Assembly: GCA_038128265.1 (NCBI GenBank)
Contig: JAYPJE010000003.1
Location: 1-64,000 of the forward strand
Origin: Gemmatimonadota bacterium
GTDB lineage: Bacteria; Latescibacterota; UBA2968; UBA8231
Reading direction: 5' to 3'
Length of the DNA: 64,000 nucleotides
Shown: piece after piece, positions 17,613 to 27,402 of the stretch
Numbering within the stretch: position 1 is the stretch's first letter
Layout: each line of letters opens with the position of its first letter
Notes under the pieces: model-generated
Databases searched by the model: none
Told to the model about the DNA's origin: nothing
What the model saw: only the letters and a program-made list of their open reading frames with translations
Made by a program: the position numbers and the translations under genes

Positions 17613-19813
17613 TCGGCCTAGGCCTGCTCGCCCTCTGCTGGCTCTCGACCCCAGCAGCGCACGCCGATTCCTACCAATCTCTTCCAGCCGAACTGCCCTC
17701 GCGCTATGGCATCATTGGCCTGCGAGTGGAAAGCCGCGGCGACGACGAACTGTATATCACTCAAGTGCACCCCGAAGGACCGGCCGCAGCCGCGGGCCTG
17801 CGCATCGGCGACCGCATCGTCGCCATCCCACCGTATACGCTAAGCACGGCCGACGAATTGAGTCGCTGCGTGCAGAGCTTTGCACCGGGCGAGGAAACGC
17901 AGATCGAAATCCTGCGCGATGGCCAACTCGAGCGCATACAGGTTGCCATCACCGACGTCGGCCATCTCTACGGCCTGATGGACAGCAAAGGCCGCCGCCC
18001 CAACCCTACCGGCCGTCGGCATCTTCGCTGGTCAGCGCGGCGCAGCGGCGCTGAGGATCTGCTCTGGGAGCTGGCCCAGCGACACGATGCGTTCGCCGCG
18101 TTTGAGCAATTGCAGCAGGCACTGCAGCTGGAAACGCGCCGCTATGGCGGTGATGAACGCCTCGACGACGTCCATTTCCTCCTCAACAATCCGCTGAAAA
18201 TCGACCTCTTTACCCGCGATCTCGCATCCGCACTCGATTCCGCAGTAGACATGCGGACCTACCTTGGACTGGCTCTTGACCGCCTAGATGGCACCCGAGC
18301 GCACGCGCACTGGGCAGTCCCTCCCCAAGCCCCCCTAACGGGCGAGACGCTACGGGCCACCCTAGCCCTAGCCGCAGCGCACGTCGACAGTGCATTTGCT
18401 GCGCTCACCCCTTCCGAACGACAGCACCTGCTATCGATCACGCCCTCTCTGCTGGCGCGCTTTGCCGAAAGTGGTCGCCTCGACGAGGTTGCCGGAGCGG
18501 AATACGAACACCACAAGCGCGCACTCCGTTTGGCCAAAAGCGTGGATATCACCCAGCTCTTTAGTGCCGCGCTGGGGGTCAGCGCACTCGCCACAGCGCT
18601 ATCTTCGCCGCACTCCTTAGACCTGCCAGCCGATGCAGCACCCGTATTGCCCTCCGTAGGCGGCACGCTGCTCTACGCGCGCCAGACAGCGCTCGGATGG
18701 ATTCTCGTCGGCGGCACCGATGACAACTACTACGCACGCGACGACATCTTGTGCATTATCGATATGGGAGGCGACGACGTATACGTGCGTTCCTCAGCCG
18801 CTCCGGCAGCGGAGTCATCCGGGGTATATCTATGCATCGACTACGGGGGTAACGACCGCTACATCGGCCGTGCCGGCAGCGCCATTGGCGGCGTCGATCT
18901 ACTCGTAGACCACGCGGGCAACGATATCTACCAAGGGCGAGAAATGGCTCAGGGCGCTTCCTTTTGCGGCATTGGCCTGCTCTGGGATCGCCAGGGCGAC
19001 GATATCTACCGCAGCCAGCGCGCCAGCCAGGGATGCGCCTTCTGGGGAGCGGGCATACTGATCGACAGCAGCGGAGATGACCGCTACCTACTCGCGCAGA
19101 TAGGCCAGGGGTTTGGCGGCGCGCGCGGCGTTGGCCTGCTGGCCGACTGGCGGGGCAGCGACGCCTACACAGCCGACTATCAGGCGCCTTCTGCCTACGG
19201 CGTGGCGGACCAATTTGCCGGCTGGGCGCAGGGCGTGGGCTGCGGTTTTCGCGGCCAGAGTTCGGGCGGAATGGGCGTGCTCTACGACCGAACTGGCAAC
19301 GACCGCTACCAGGCCGGTGAATTTGCGCAAGGTCTGGGCTATTTCTTCGCGCTGGGCATGCTGTACGACCGAGACGGAGACGACGCCTATCGCGGCAGAC
19401 GCTATGCCCAAGGAGCGGCGGCTCATCAGGCCATCGGGGCGCTCGTCGACGCGGCGGGCCACGACCGCTACCGGGCGCAGACAGCGGCCGGCCAAGGGGC
19501 CGGCTGGGATGCGTCTATCGGTCTTTTGCGCGACGATTCCGGCGACGACAGCTACCGCGCCGGACACCTGAGCCAGGGGGCCGCTGCCATGAATAGCTGG
19601 GGCCTGCTCATAGACGCGGGCGGGCGCGACCGCTACCGGGCGCACAGCGGTCAGGGGCAGGGCAGTTCGACGGCGTATTGGGGGGGACGTGGAGCGGAAA
19701 ACGCAGGCGGGTTGATCGACCTAGGCGACCAACCCGACGCGTATGACCTTCCCGAGCGGCGCGATGATCACACCTTCAAATCACCCGGAATTGGAATTTT
19801 TTTGGATCGCTAA
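17609..19813 (+). CDS. Secreted PDZ-domain protein with C-terminal D-x-x-G-x-D-x-Y repeats
   Basis: Signal peptide ending AHA from TTG at 17609 (overlaps the PhyH stop); PDZ segment VHPEGPAAAAGLRIGDRI; about 11-12 Gly/Asp repeats. Confidence 0.75.
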   Translation: MIGLGLLALCWLSTPAAHADSYQSLPAELPSRYGIIGLRVESRGDDELYITQVHPEGPAAAAGLRIGDRIVAIPPYTLSTADELSRCVQSFAPGEETQIEILRDGQLERIQVAITDVGHLYGLMDSKGRRPNPTGRRHLRWSARRSGAEDLLWELAQRHDAFAAFEQLQQALQLETRRYGGDERLDDVHFLLNNPLKIDLFTRDLASALDSAVDMRTYLGLALDRLDGTRAHAHWAVPPQAPLTGETLRATLALAAAHVDSAFAALTPSERQHLLSITPSLLARFAESGRLDEVAGAEYEHHKRALRLAKSVDITQLFSAALGVSALATALSSPHSLDLPADAAPVLPSVGGTLLYARQTALGWILVGGTDDNYYARDDILCIIDMGGDDVYVRSSAAPAAESSGVYLCIDYGGNDRYIGRAGSAIGGVDLLVDHAGNDIYQGREMAQGASFCGIGLLWDRQGDDIYRSQRASQGCAFWGAGILIDSSGDDRYLLAQIGQGFGGARGVGLLADWRGSDAYTADYQAPSAYGVADQFAGWAQGVGCGFRGQSSGGMGVLYDRTGNDRYQAGEFAQGLGYFFALGMLYDRDGDDAYRGRRYAQGAAAHQAIGALVDAAGHDRYRAQTAAGQGAGWDASIGLLRDDSGDDSYRAGHLSQGAAAMNSWGLLIDAGGRDRYRAHSGQGQGSSTAYWGGRGAENAGGLIDLGDQPDAYDLPERRDDHTFKSPGIGIFLDR

Positions 19814-19824
19814 ATCGATGCGGC

Positions 19825-20346
19825 CTATAGCGGTCTGAGAATCAACGACATTTCGCGGCCCTCCATCCTCGGATCCTGATCTACCACCGCGATGTCCTCT
19901 ACTTTCGTAGCCAGCTCGCGCAGCAGCTCGCGGCCCTTCTCCTGATAGGCCATCTGCCGTCCGCGGAAGCGCACGCTCACTTTGACTCGATTTCCCTTCT
20001 CAATAAACTCGCGCATGTGCGACAGGCGGTACTCGAGATCGTGCTCTGATATATTGGCTCCGTTGATCCGAATGCCCTTCATCTGCACGTTTTGCTGCTT
20101 TTTCCGCGCCTCTTTCGCCTTTTTTTCCTTGTCGTAGCGGAACTTGCCATAGTCGACAATGCGACACACGGGCGGCTGGGCGTCGGGGGCAATTTCCACT
20201 AAGTCGAGCTCGGCTTCTTCGGCTATTTGAATCGCCTTGGCAATATCAACGACGCCGACCTGCTCGCCGTCTGGACCAATCAAGCGCACCTGCGGCACGC
20301 GAATATCTTCATTGACGCGCGTAGAACTCTTTCTCTTTGTTGCGAT
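19825..20346 (-). CDS. infC: Translation initiation factor IF-3 with non-canonical ATC start
   Basis: VNEDIR..VRLI, DLVEIAP..PPVCRIVDYGKF, FRGRQ; AGGAGG lies 7 nt before an in-frame ATC at 20346. Confidence 0.95.
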   Translation of the reverse strand: MATKRKSSTRVNEDIRVPQVRLIGPDGEQVGVVDIAKAIQIAEEAELDLVEIAPDAQPPVCRIVDYGKFRYDKEKKAKEARKKQQNVQMKGIRINGANISEHDLEYRLSHMREFIEKGNRVKVSVRFRGRQMAYQEKGRELLRELATKVEDIAVVDQDPRMEGREMSLILRPL

Positions 20347-20360
20347 AGTATTTCCTCCTA

Positions 20361-20491
20361 GAAAAGCGAAATGAGTCTCCCCGCCACGATGGCGCGGATA
20401 TAATAGGCAGAGAGCCACCCGGCAGATTGGCACATGGGTGGCTCCTCCTATTGAATGAGTATATCTTAACCGCAGGCATTAATATAATCAA
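20361..20491 (-). promoter_or_regulatory. infC promoter and structured leader
   Basis: TTGATT-17-TAAGAT, then a long hairpin AATAGG-AGGAGCCACCC...GGGTGGCTCTCTG-CCTATT and a second small hairpin. Confidence 0.55.
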
Positions 20492-20580
20492 GAAATTATT
20501 TTAGAGCCACGCTTCGCGTCGCTCGCAGCGCACAGTAACAATTGCGCGAGTCCCCATCTATTAATCTGATAAGGAGTTTT

Positions 20581-21576
20581 ATGGAACGCCCGTTTGACGT
20601 TTACGGAGTAGGTCACGCCCTGGTCGACATACAGTTCAAAGTCGAAGCCGCCACCCTGGAGCGCCTAGGCGTTGAAAAAGGCGTTATGACGCTTATGGAC
20701 GCCGAGCGCCAGAAAGCCCTTTTTGCCGACCTCGCACAGGATCCTATTGCCTCGGCATCGGGCGGCTCTGCGGCCAACACCATGATTGGCGTGGCGCTCT
20801 TCGGCGGCACGCCTTTTTACGCCTGCCTGACGGGCCGTGACGTCTGGGGCGATTTCTACCAGAGCGACCTGGAGAAAGCCGGCGTGTCGACGGACCCCAC
20901 CCATCGCACCGACGGCATTACCGGACAGTGCGTCGTCTTTATTACGCCCGATGCCGATCGCACGCTCAACACCTTTCTCGGCGCCGGCAGCGAGATTGGC
21001 GTCCGACAGCTCGACGCGGAGAAAATCGCCGCTAGTCAGTATGTCTATTTGGAAGGCTACTTGCTCAGCTCCGACAACGGCTACGAAGCCTGCAGAAAAG
21101 CGCAGCAGCTCGCGCGCGCGGCGGGAACCTCCGTAGCCCTCACGCTAAGCGATCCCTTTATGGTGTCGACCTTTCAGGAGCGCTTTGCCCAACTCGTCGC
21201 CGATGGAATCGACCTGCTCTTTTGCAACGAAGACGAGGCACGCGCTTTTACCGGCGCCGAAACACGCAACCAAGCCGTCGCCCTCCTCGGGCAACGGGTA
21301 TCCATCGCCTGTGTGACCTGCGGCGCAGACGGTGCCCGCATACATCAGGCCGACCAGCACATCGCCATTCCCGGCGTGCCGGTCGACGCGGTTGACACCA
21401 ACGGCGCAGGCGATCTCTTTGCCGGCGGCGTGCTCTATGGCCTTACGCACGGACTCGGCGTTGAAGACGCGGGGAAGCTGGGCTCGTACGCCGCCGCACA
21501 GGTCGTCGCGCAGTATGGCCCGCGCCTGCACGGTACCCTTGACGACGTAGAGGCCATTCTCGCACGCTTCGCATAG
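20581..21576 (+). CDS. PfkB-family kinase (adenosine/sugar kinase-like)
   Basis: SGGSAANT, YLEGY, DTNGAGDLFAGG; ATG at 20581 after AAGGAG. Confidence 0.92.
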   Translation: MERPFDVYGVGHALVDIQFKVEAATLERLGVEKGVMTLMDAERQKALFADLAQDPIASASGGSAANTMIGVALFGGTPFYACLTGRDVWGDFYQSDLEKAGVSTDPTHRTDGITGQCVVFITPDADRTLNTFLGAGSEIGVRQLDAEKIAASQYVYLEGYLLSSDNGYEACRKAQQLARAAGTSVALTLSDPFMVSTFQERFAQLVADGIDLLFCNEDEARAFTGAETRNQAVALLGQRVSIACVTCGADGARIHQADQHIAIPGVPVDAVDTNGAGDLFAGGVLYGLTHGLGVEDAGKLGSYAAAQVVAQYGPRLHGTLDDVEAILARFA

Positions 21577-21590
21577 GAGGCATATGTGCT

Positions 21591-22547
21591 ATGAAAATAC
21601 TCGTTCACTACCCATTTGAAGAAGACCAGTTCAGCGCGCTGCGCGCACTCGGGCAGCGCCTTGGATCACACGAAGTCGTCTGTGCGGCTGACGATGCCAC
21701 AGCCTTGGAAAACGCGCCCGGCTGCGAGGTCATCATGGGCTTCTTCAAGCCGGAGGTCTGTGCGGCAACCGACGGGCTGCGCTGGGTGCAGTCCTTTAGC
21801 GCCGGTATGGACAAGTTTCTTTTTCCCGAGATCATCGCGCGCGAAGAGGTCGCCATCAGCAATATGGCCGGTCTCTATGCGCCACAGGGAGGGGAACACG
21901 CATGGGCGCTGCTGCTGGCGCTGACGCGCGGCATTGCCGAATCCGTGCGCTCCAACGATCAGCGACAGTGGCGCGGAGGATCGACGGTCGAACTGAGCGG
22001 AAAAACGCTGGGCATTGTCGGCATGGGTGGTTTTGGCATCGAAATGGCCAAGCGGGCCGCCGGCTACGACATGCGCGTGGTAGCCATCGACCCGGTGCGC
22101 ACGGAACCGCCGCCGGGCGTCGATCAGCTGCAGACCAACACGCGCGAACACTTCGACGAGCTCTTGGCTCAATCCGATGTGGTTATGCTAGCCTGTCCTC
22201 TGACGGATGAGACCTATCACCTAATCGGCCGCGCCGAGCTAGCGCATATGAAAAACGAGGCCTACCTAATCAACGTAACGCGCGGAGGCATCATCGACGA
22301 AGAGGCGCTGGTCGAAGCACTAGAGCGGGGCGAAATAGCCGGGGCGGGATTGGACGTCGTAGAGAAGGAGCCGCTGACCTCCGAAAGCCCCCTGTGGAAT
22401 GCGCCCAACCTGATTTTAACGCCGCATCGGGCCGGCGCCTCCCAGCACCGGCCACGCAAGATATTCGAGTTTTTCTGCGCGCAGCTAGAGCGCTACATAA
22501 AGGGGGAGCGGCCGCTCAACATCGTCGATAAGCAGCGGGGGTTCTAG
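21591..22547 (+). CDS. D-isomer-specific 2-hydroxyacid dehydrogenase
   Basis: GIVGMGGFG Rossmann motif, INVTRG, LDVVEKEP, LTPH. Confidence 0.92.
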   Translation: MKILVHYPFEEDQFSALRALGQRLGSHEVVCAADDATALENAPGCEVIMGFFKPEVCAATDGLRWVQSFSAGMDKFLFPEIIAREEVAISNMAGLYAPQGGEHAWALLLALTRGIAESVRSNDQRQWRGGSTVELSGKTLGIVGMGGFGIEMAKRAAGYDMRVVAIDPVRTEPPPGVDQLQTNTREHFDELLAQSDVVMLACPLTDETYHLIGRAELAHMKNEAYLINVTRGGIIDEEALVEALERGEIAGAGLDVVEKEPLTSESPLWNAPNLILTPHRAGASQHRPRKIFEFFCAQLERYIKGERPLNIVDKQRGF

Positions 22548-22553
22548 CGCGTC

Positions 22554-23357
22554 TCAATACCCCAGCGCCTTCAGGTAGGCGCGCATGCCGGCACTGCGCT
22601 TGGCCTCGCTAATGGGATCGTCCCCAGCGGGCGGATCACCCGGACAGGCCGTTACCCACCGCGAGAAGTGACGTTCTGCACACAGGTCGAGCACCCCTTT
22701 GAAATCGAGGCACTCGGCTGCGCCGACGTCGACCCACTGCGGATTGTACTCGCCGTATTTCTTGACGCTGCACGACGAGTAGTCCTGCAGGTGCACGTAG
22801 TTGAGCTGCGACCAAAAATCGCCCAGAGATTGCACCGGGTCATAGCCCCACAGTTCGGCGTGCGATACGTCGATGCACAGCTTCGCCCTCTCGAGCAGGC
22901 TCATGTAGAGCGTCCACTCCTCTATCGAATCGACCAGCAGATTGGTGTGGATGTGGTAGCTCAGCTCTAGGCCGTACTGCGCCGCGTATTCGGCCCACTC
23001 CTCGGCACCGGCAGCCGCGCGTTTTATATCGTCCTCGGTGGTCGGCCGCCCCTCGGGCTTTCGGCCGCTCATAAACATAAAGCAGTCGACTTCCATTTCA
23101 GCCGCGTAGTCCATGCGCCGTTTGTTGCGCTCTACGTGCTCCCAATCGCGCTGTTCGGGCGAACCGCTCGCCGTGAGCACCGCCAAGGGCATATCGGCAT
23201 CGCGACACACCTTCTTCAAATGGCTCGGCGGTCCCATCCAGTCGAGGGGCAAACGCCCTTCCCATCCGTCCCAGCCCGCCTTTTTTAGCTCGGCAAGCGC
23301 CTGGGGTAGATCCGGATTGCGCCAGCGCAGCGTGGCGTAGCCCAATTTAAACGACAT
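22554..23357 (-). CDS. Sugar phosphate isomerase/epimerase (IolE/xylose isomerase-like TIM barrel)
   Basis: YHIH, CIDVSH and VHLQD metal-ligand pattern. Confidence 0.75.
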   Translation of the reverse strand: MSFKLGYATLRWRNPDLPQALAELKKAGWDGWEGRLPLDWMGPPSHLKKVCRDADMPLAVLTASGSPEQRDWEHVERNKRRMDYAAEMEVDCFMFMSGRKPEGRPTTEDDIKRAAAGAEEWAEYAAQYGLELSYHIHTNLLVDSIEEWTLYMSLLERAKLCIDVSHAELWGYDPVQSLGDFWSQLNYVHLQDYSSCSVKKYGEYNPQWVDVGAAECLDFKGVLDLCAERHFSRWVTACPGDPPAGDDPISEAKRSAGMRAYLKALGY

Positions 23358-23463
23358 GATGCCCTCCTTTTTTCGCCTAAGCTAAGGCCAATAGGCGCGA
23401 CCAACAACATCGTTGACCGTTTGCCAAGCGGGGTCGATATTTTGCACGGCGAAATAAACGACA

Positions 23464-25758
23464 ATGGAAGATCCCAACTCCCTATCGCGCGGGCAGACAA
23501 ACCGCGCCATGCGCTCCTTTATTGTGGCCAGCGGCCTGTGGGGAGCCTGGGGACAGGCCGTCGGTATTGGCACGGCCGCCTTTACCGGCTTTGCCCTGCA
23601 CATGGGAGCCGATGAGTCGTTTATCGCCCTCTTCACATCCCTCGCCTATGTGCTCGCGCTAACCCAGATTCTCGCCCCCTTTCTCAACGCACATATCCGA
23701 CGAAAAAAGCCCTTTATCGTCGGACTTGGTTCCATAGAAATTCTGCTGCGCGGTTCGGTCGTCCTCATCCCCTTTCTCTTCCCCGATGAGCTGTACCTGA
23801 CCGCCATGGTCTTTCTGATCGGCGCCAGCCTCTTTTTTGGCCATGGCGTATCGCCCTTTTACGGCACGTGGGTCGCCAACGCCGTCCCCGAGCACATTCG
23901 CGCGCGCTTCACCGGCCGCCAAACCATTCTCAGCACCGTGACGGCCATGCTGGCTGGCTTTGCCATCGGCCACTTTATCGACCTGTTTAAAGGCGGCGAC
24001 GAACACCTGGGCTTTCTGTGGGTCTTTTCCGTGGGCACGCTCTTTGGCCTGCTCGGCTATACAAACCTACTGCGCGCCCCCTTTCCCAAAGAGCACACGA
24101 CGGAGGAGGGCCACCCCGGAATTGCCGACCTCATCGAGCCGTTCCGCGACGCCAACTTTCGCCGCGCCGTCCTGTTTTACGGCCTGTGGACCATGGCACT
24201 CGGCCTTTCCGGCCCCCTCTATAGCGTGTTTATGCTCGACAGGCTGCGCATTTCCTATACGGAAATCTCCATTTTTAACGCCTGCTTTATGGCTACCAGC
24301 ATCGCCGGCTACCGGATTTGGGCGGGCCTCATAGACCGCTTTGGCAGCAAAGCCGTGCTGCAGATTATGGTAGTGCCATCTGCCTTTATTCCCTTTGTGT
24401 GGATGCTCAATTCGCCCGATTCCTACTACCTGGTGCCCGTAGCATTGGTTATGAGCGGTATTTTCTTTTCCGGCATCGGCGTAGGCATCAGCCCGCTCGT
24501 TTACAGCCTGCTGCCGCAGGGAGAAAAGCGCACGCTGTACCTGGCATCGTGGTCGGTCGCCGTCAACCTCATGGGCGCACTCGGCCCGTTTTTGGGAAGC
24601 GTGCTATCGCATCAGCTACACGGCGTGCAGTTTGAAGTCATGGGCGTGCCCATTGCCAACCTACAGATCGTCTTTGCCATTAGCGCCATCGTGCGCATTG
24701 TGCCCATATGGCTCCTGCGCCGCGTCAGCGACACCAAGGACACCAGCTCGCGCGAACTCATTTCGCAAATGCGCCGCGGCAATCTGCTCAGCTACGCCTA
24801 CAACGCTACCCTCTTTAACTTGGCCAATGCCGAAACGACGCGCGCCCGCGCCGCCGAGGCATTGGGGCGCTCTGGTAACCCATTGGCAATCGAGCAGCTA
24901 GTACAGGCTCTGGCCGACGCCAGCCCGCTCGTCCGACGCAGCGCCGCGCGCGCGCTGGGCGAGAGCGGCTCCGACAGCGCGACGGCTCCGCTGCTGCGCG
25001 AGCTGCTCGACGGCGCGTCTGACATACGCAGTGAAGCGGCCGAGGCGCTGGGACGCCTGGGCAACCTATCTAGCGTAGACCCCCTTATCGACGCACTAGA
25101 CGACGAAGACCTACGCGTGCGCATCAGCGCCATTCGCGGACTGGGCAACATACGCAGCGACGAAGTGCACGAATTGCTGTTTTGGTATTTCAGCAGCGAT
25201 GTCGACCCGCAGACGTTTCCCACGCTGGTAGACGTGCTCAGCGAGCGCGGCGACCAGCGCATCGTGCGGCCAACCTTAGAGCACCTAGCGCAGTTCCGCT
25301 CCTCTGCGGTGCGACTTCAGCTCCTCAATAGCGTATGCCGAGCCCTCGGCGCCGAAGACCAATTTTACCGCCTGCTGTCGCAGGAAGACACGCGGCGCAT
25401 CGATTCCATAGGTCGCCTGCTGCGCGAGCTGCAATCGGATTTGGAAGGAACGGCAGGGCTGGAAGCGGCTCAGCAGCGCGTCTTGGCCGAGCGCTGCCAG
25501 GCACTGCAATTAGCCTACGAGGAAGATCGCGCAGGCGATATGCGCGAAGCGGCGCTGGATATTGTGCGCATCGTGCGCGACGGGCTTTCGGCCGGCACGG
25601 ACCAGGCGTTTGAAGTGCTATCGGTTTTTGTTATTATCGTGGCGCTCAACGACTTTATAGCCCAAAGCGAACGCATCGACTCGCCGGCGGCCGAGGAAAC
25701 CTTTCTCTCCGTCTGTCTTTCGCATCTGGGCAAGCGGGTATCGTCCATTCACTCATAG
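23464..25758 (+). CDS. MFS transporter fused to C-terminal HEAT repeats
   Basis: About 12 hydrophobic helices with DRFGSK motif; repeats RARAAEALGR, VRRSAARALGE, IRSEAAEALGR, VRISAIRGLGN. Confidence 0.85.
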   Translation: MEDPNSLSRGQTNRAMRSFIVASGLWGAWGQAVGIGTAAFTGFALHMGADESFIALFTSLAYVLALTQILAPFLNAHIRRKKPFIVGLGSIEILLRGSVVLIPFLFPDELYLTAMVFLIGASLFFGHGVSPFYGTWVANAVPEHIRARFTGRQTILSTVTAMLAGFAIGHFIDLFKGGDEHLGFLWVFSVGTLFGLLGYTNLLRAPFPKEHTTEEGHPGIADLIEPFRDANFRRAVLFYGLWTMALGLSGPLYSVFMLDRLRISYTEISIFNACFMATSIAGYRIWAGLIDRFGSKAVLQIMVVPSAFIPFVWMLNSPDSYYLVPVALVMSGIFFSGIGVGISPLVYSLLPQGEKRTLYLASWSVAVNLMGALGPFLGSVLSHQLHGVQFEVMGVPIANLQIVFAISAIVRIVPIWLLRRVSDTKDTSSRELISQMRRGNLLSYAYNATLFNLANAETTRARAAEALGRSGNPLAIEQLVQALADASPLVRRSAARALGESGSDSATAPLLRELLDGASDIRSEAAEALGRLGNLSSVDPLIDALDDEDLRVRISAIRGLGNIRSDEVHELLFWYFSSDVDPQTFPTLVDVLSERGDQRIVRPTLEHLAQFRSSAVRLQLLNSVCRALGAEDQFYRLLSQEDTRRIDSIGRLLRELQSDLEGTAGLEAAQQRVLAERCQALQLAYEEDRAGDMREAALDIVRIVRDGLSAGTDQAFEVLSVFVIIVALNDFIAQSERIDSPAAEETFLSVCLSHLGKRVSSIHS

Positions 25759-25760
25759 CC

Positions 25761-27395
25761 TCATTGTGGATCGCGCAGGGCCACCTGGGCAGCGCGCAGA
25801 CTCTGACGGGTATCGCTCCGGCTCGCATCAAAGGCCAGTGCGCGACTCAGTGCGGCAACCGACTCCGCGTAATCGGCGCGGCGGTAGGCACCGCGACCGG
25901 CATGGTGGTATGCCTCGGCAATGACCTTCCCTACGCTTTTATTGCCCTTAAACTTCTCCAGGTGGGCTAGCGCCGCCGCATCGCCGTCGATGGACAAAAC
26001 GACCTGGTCGTATATGTGCAGCATGACATTGCGCGGATAGAGCGCACGCGCGTTCCCCAGCGGCTCGTGCACCGAACGTCCCTGATTGAGCAGCATTGGA
26101 CACAGACGCACATACACGTCTTCGCGATCAATTGTCCCACCTTCTATCTCTAACGCGCGCTCTAGCTGCTCTATGCCGCGCTCAATATCGCCCGCAGCTA
26201 AGTAATTTCTTCCCTCATTGTAGTAGGCTACGGCCTCGGCGCGCTGCACGCCGCTCCAACCGCTCAGCGCCAGCACCGCAACCGCACCGGCTAGACACCA
26301 TGCACTCAACCGAGCGTTCCAGCGGTGCCGCAGGCGCTTTTCCATATCGAGCAGCAGCATCGCCCAGACAAACGCCATGCCCACACAGGAAATGTAGAGA
26401 TAGCGCGAGGGCCCTGCTGAGATAGAGCGCACGTATTCCGGCGCGAGTGAGAGGATCGGCAGCAACGCCAGAGCAATCCATGCCAATGCGAATGCACCTT
26501 CGCCGCGATAGCGCAGCAGAATCCACGCTCCCAAACAGCACGCTACGGCCCCTACGGCAGGCTCTCCCACAGCGACCAAATCGGGCCGTGCCGGCATCCA
26601 AAAAGTCGACAGCAACAGGCGGCCCCACAAGAAGAGGTAGGTCTTTGCCGCCGCCATCCCGTCAAAGCCGGTAGCGGCAATGGTGTTTTGTGGCGCTCCG
26701 GTGTAGTAGGACTTAATTGCAAACACCAGAGCGAGCGCTCCACCGCCCATGGCAAGGCCACGGAACAGGGTCAGTCCACTCAGTGCACCTCTCCTATGGA
26801 CAACCCACAGTGCAAAGGGCACGACGGTGACGGCGGAAATATGCGTCAGCACGCCTGCCAGCAGCGCCACCACACTGCCTAAGCCCGCTCGCGGCCGGTC
26901 ACGCTCTGCACACTCGACAAATCCCCACAGGCATAGGCCCATACAGATCAGTGCTAACGAGTAACAGTGTGCCGAGATCCACTGTACGGCCTGAAACGGC
27001 GCACAGCTGCAGACAAAGAGACCACCGGCCAGCTGTGCGAGTAGACGCCGGCCCCACAGGCGCCAGCTGCAGAAGGCCACGACCCAAGCGGCCAGCGCGT
27101 GTAAGCCGATACCCGCCCAGTGAAAGAGGCGCGGATTCTCACCCCAGAGTGCGTATTCGATCAGTAGGAATAATTCGAAAAAGGGCCGTCCCGGCATGCG
27201 CTTATCAACGGCAAAGAACGCAGCCGGATCGGATACAATACGCGCGCTATCAGCCCAATAATCGGCGTCGTGCGTATCCAGCAGATGGTCACTTAGGGGA
27301 GCGTAAAAAAGCGCGGTCAGCGCACAGAGCAGCAGCGCATAAGCGCGCCATGAAAAACCGGATTGCCACGGCGAGCTGAATCCAATGGCCGACAT
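25761..27395 (-). CDS. Polytopic membrane protein, GT-C/TMTC-like glycosyltransferase with C-terminal TPR
   Basis: Acidic DTHDADY loop after TM1; GRP..., FH..GIGLH, AVQWISA, SRYLY segments; TPR-like tail. Confidence 0.65.
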   Translation of the reverse strand: MSAIGFSSPWQSGFSWRAYALLLCALTALFYAPLSDHLLDTHDADYWADSARIVSDPAAFFAVDKRMPGRPFFELFLLIEYALWGENPRLFHWAGIGLHALAAWVVAFCSWRLWGRRLLAQLAGGLFVCSCAPFQAVQWISAHCYSLALICMGLCLWGFVECAERDRPRAGLGSVVALLAGVLTHISAVTVVPFALWVVHRRGALSGLTLFRGLAMGGGALALVFAIKSYYTGAPQNTIAATGFDGMAAAKTYLFLWGRLLLSTFWMPARPDLVAVGEPAVGAVACCLGAWILLRYRGEGAFALAWIALALLPILSLAPEYVRSISAGPSRYLYISCVGMAFVWAMLLLDMEKRLRHRWNARLSAWCLAGAVAVLALSGWSGVQRAEAVAYYNEGRNYLAAGDIERGIEQLERALEIEGGTIDREDVYVRLCPMLLNQGRSVHEPLGNARALYPRNVMLHIYDQVVLSIDGDAAALAHLEKFKGNKSVGKVIAEAYHHAGRGAYRRADYAESVAALSRALAFDASRSDTRQSLRAAQVALRDPQ

Positions 27396-27402
27396 GCGCC
27401 GA

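Noticed and set aside
18720..19750. Recurring GACCGCTAC/GACGAC units as a CRISPR array or DNA repeat
   Set aside because: Degenerate at synonymous positions; they reflect the protein repeat, and no cas genes are present.
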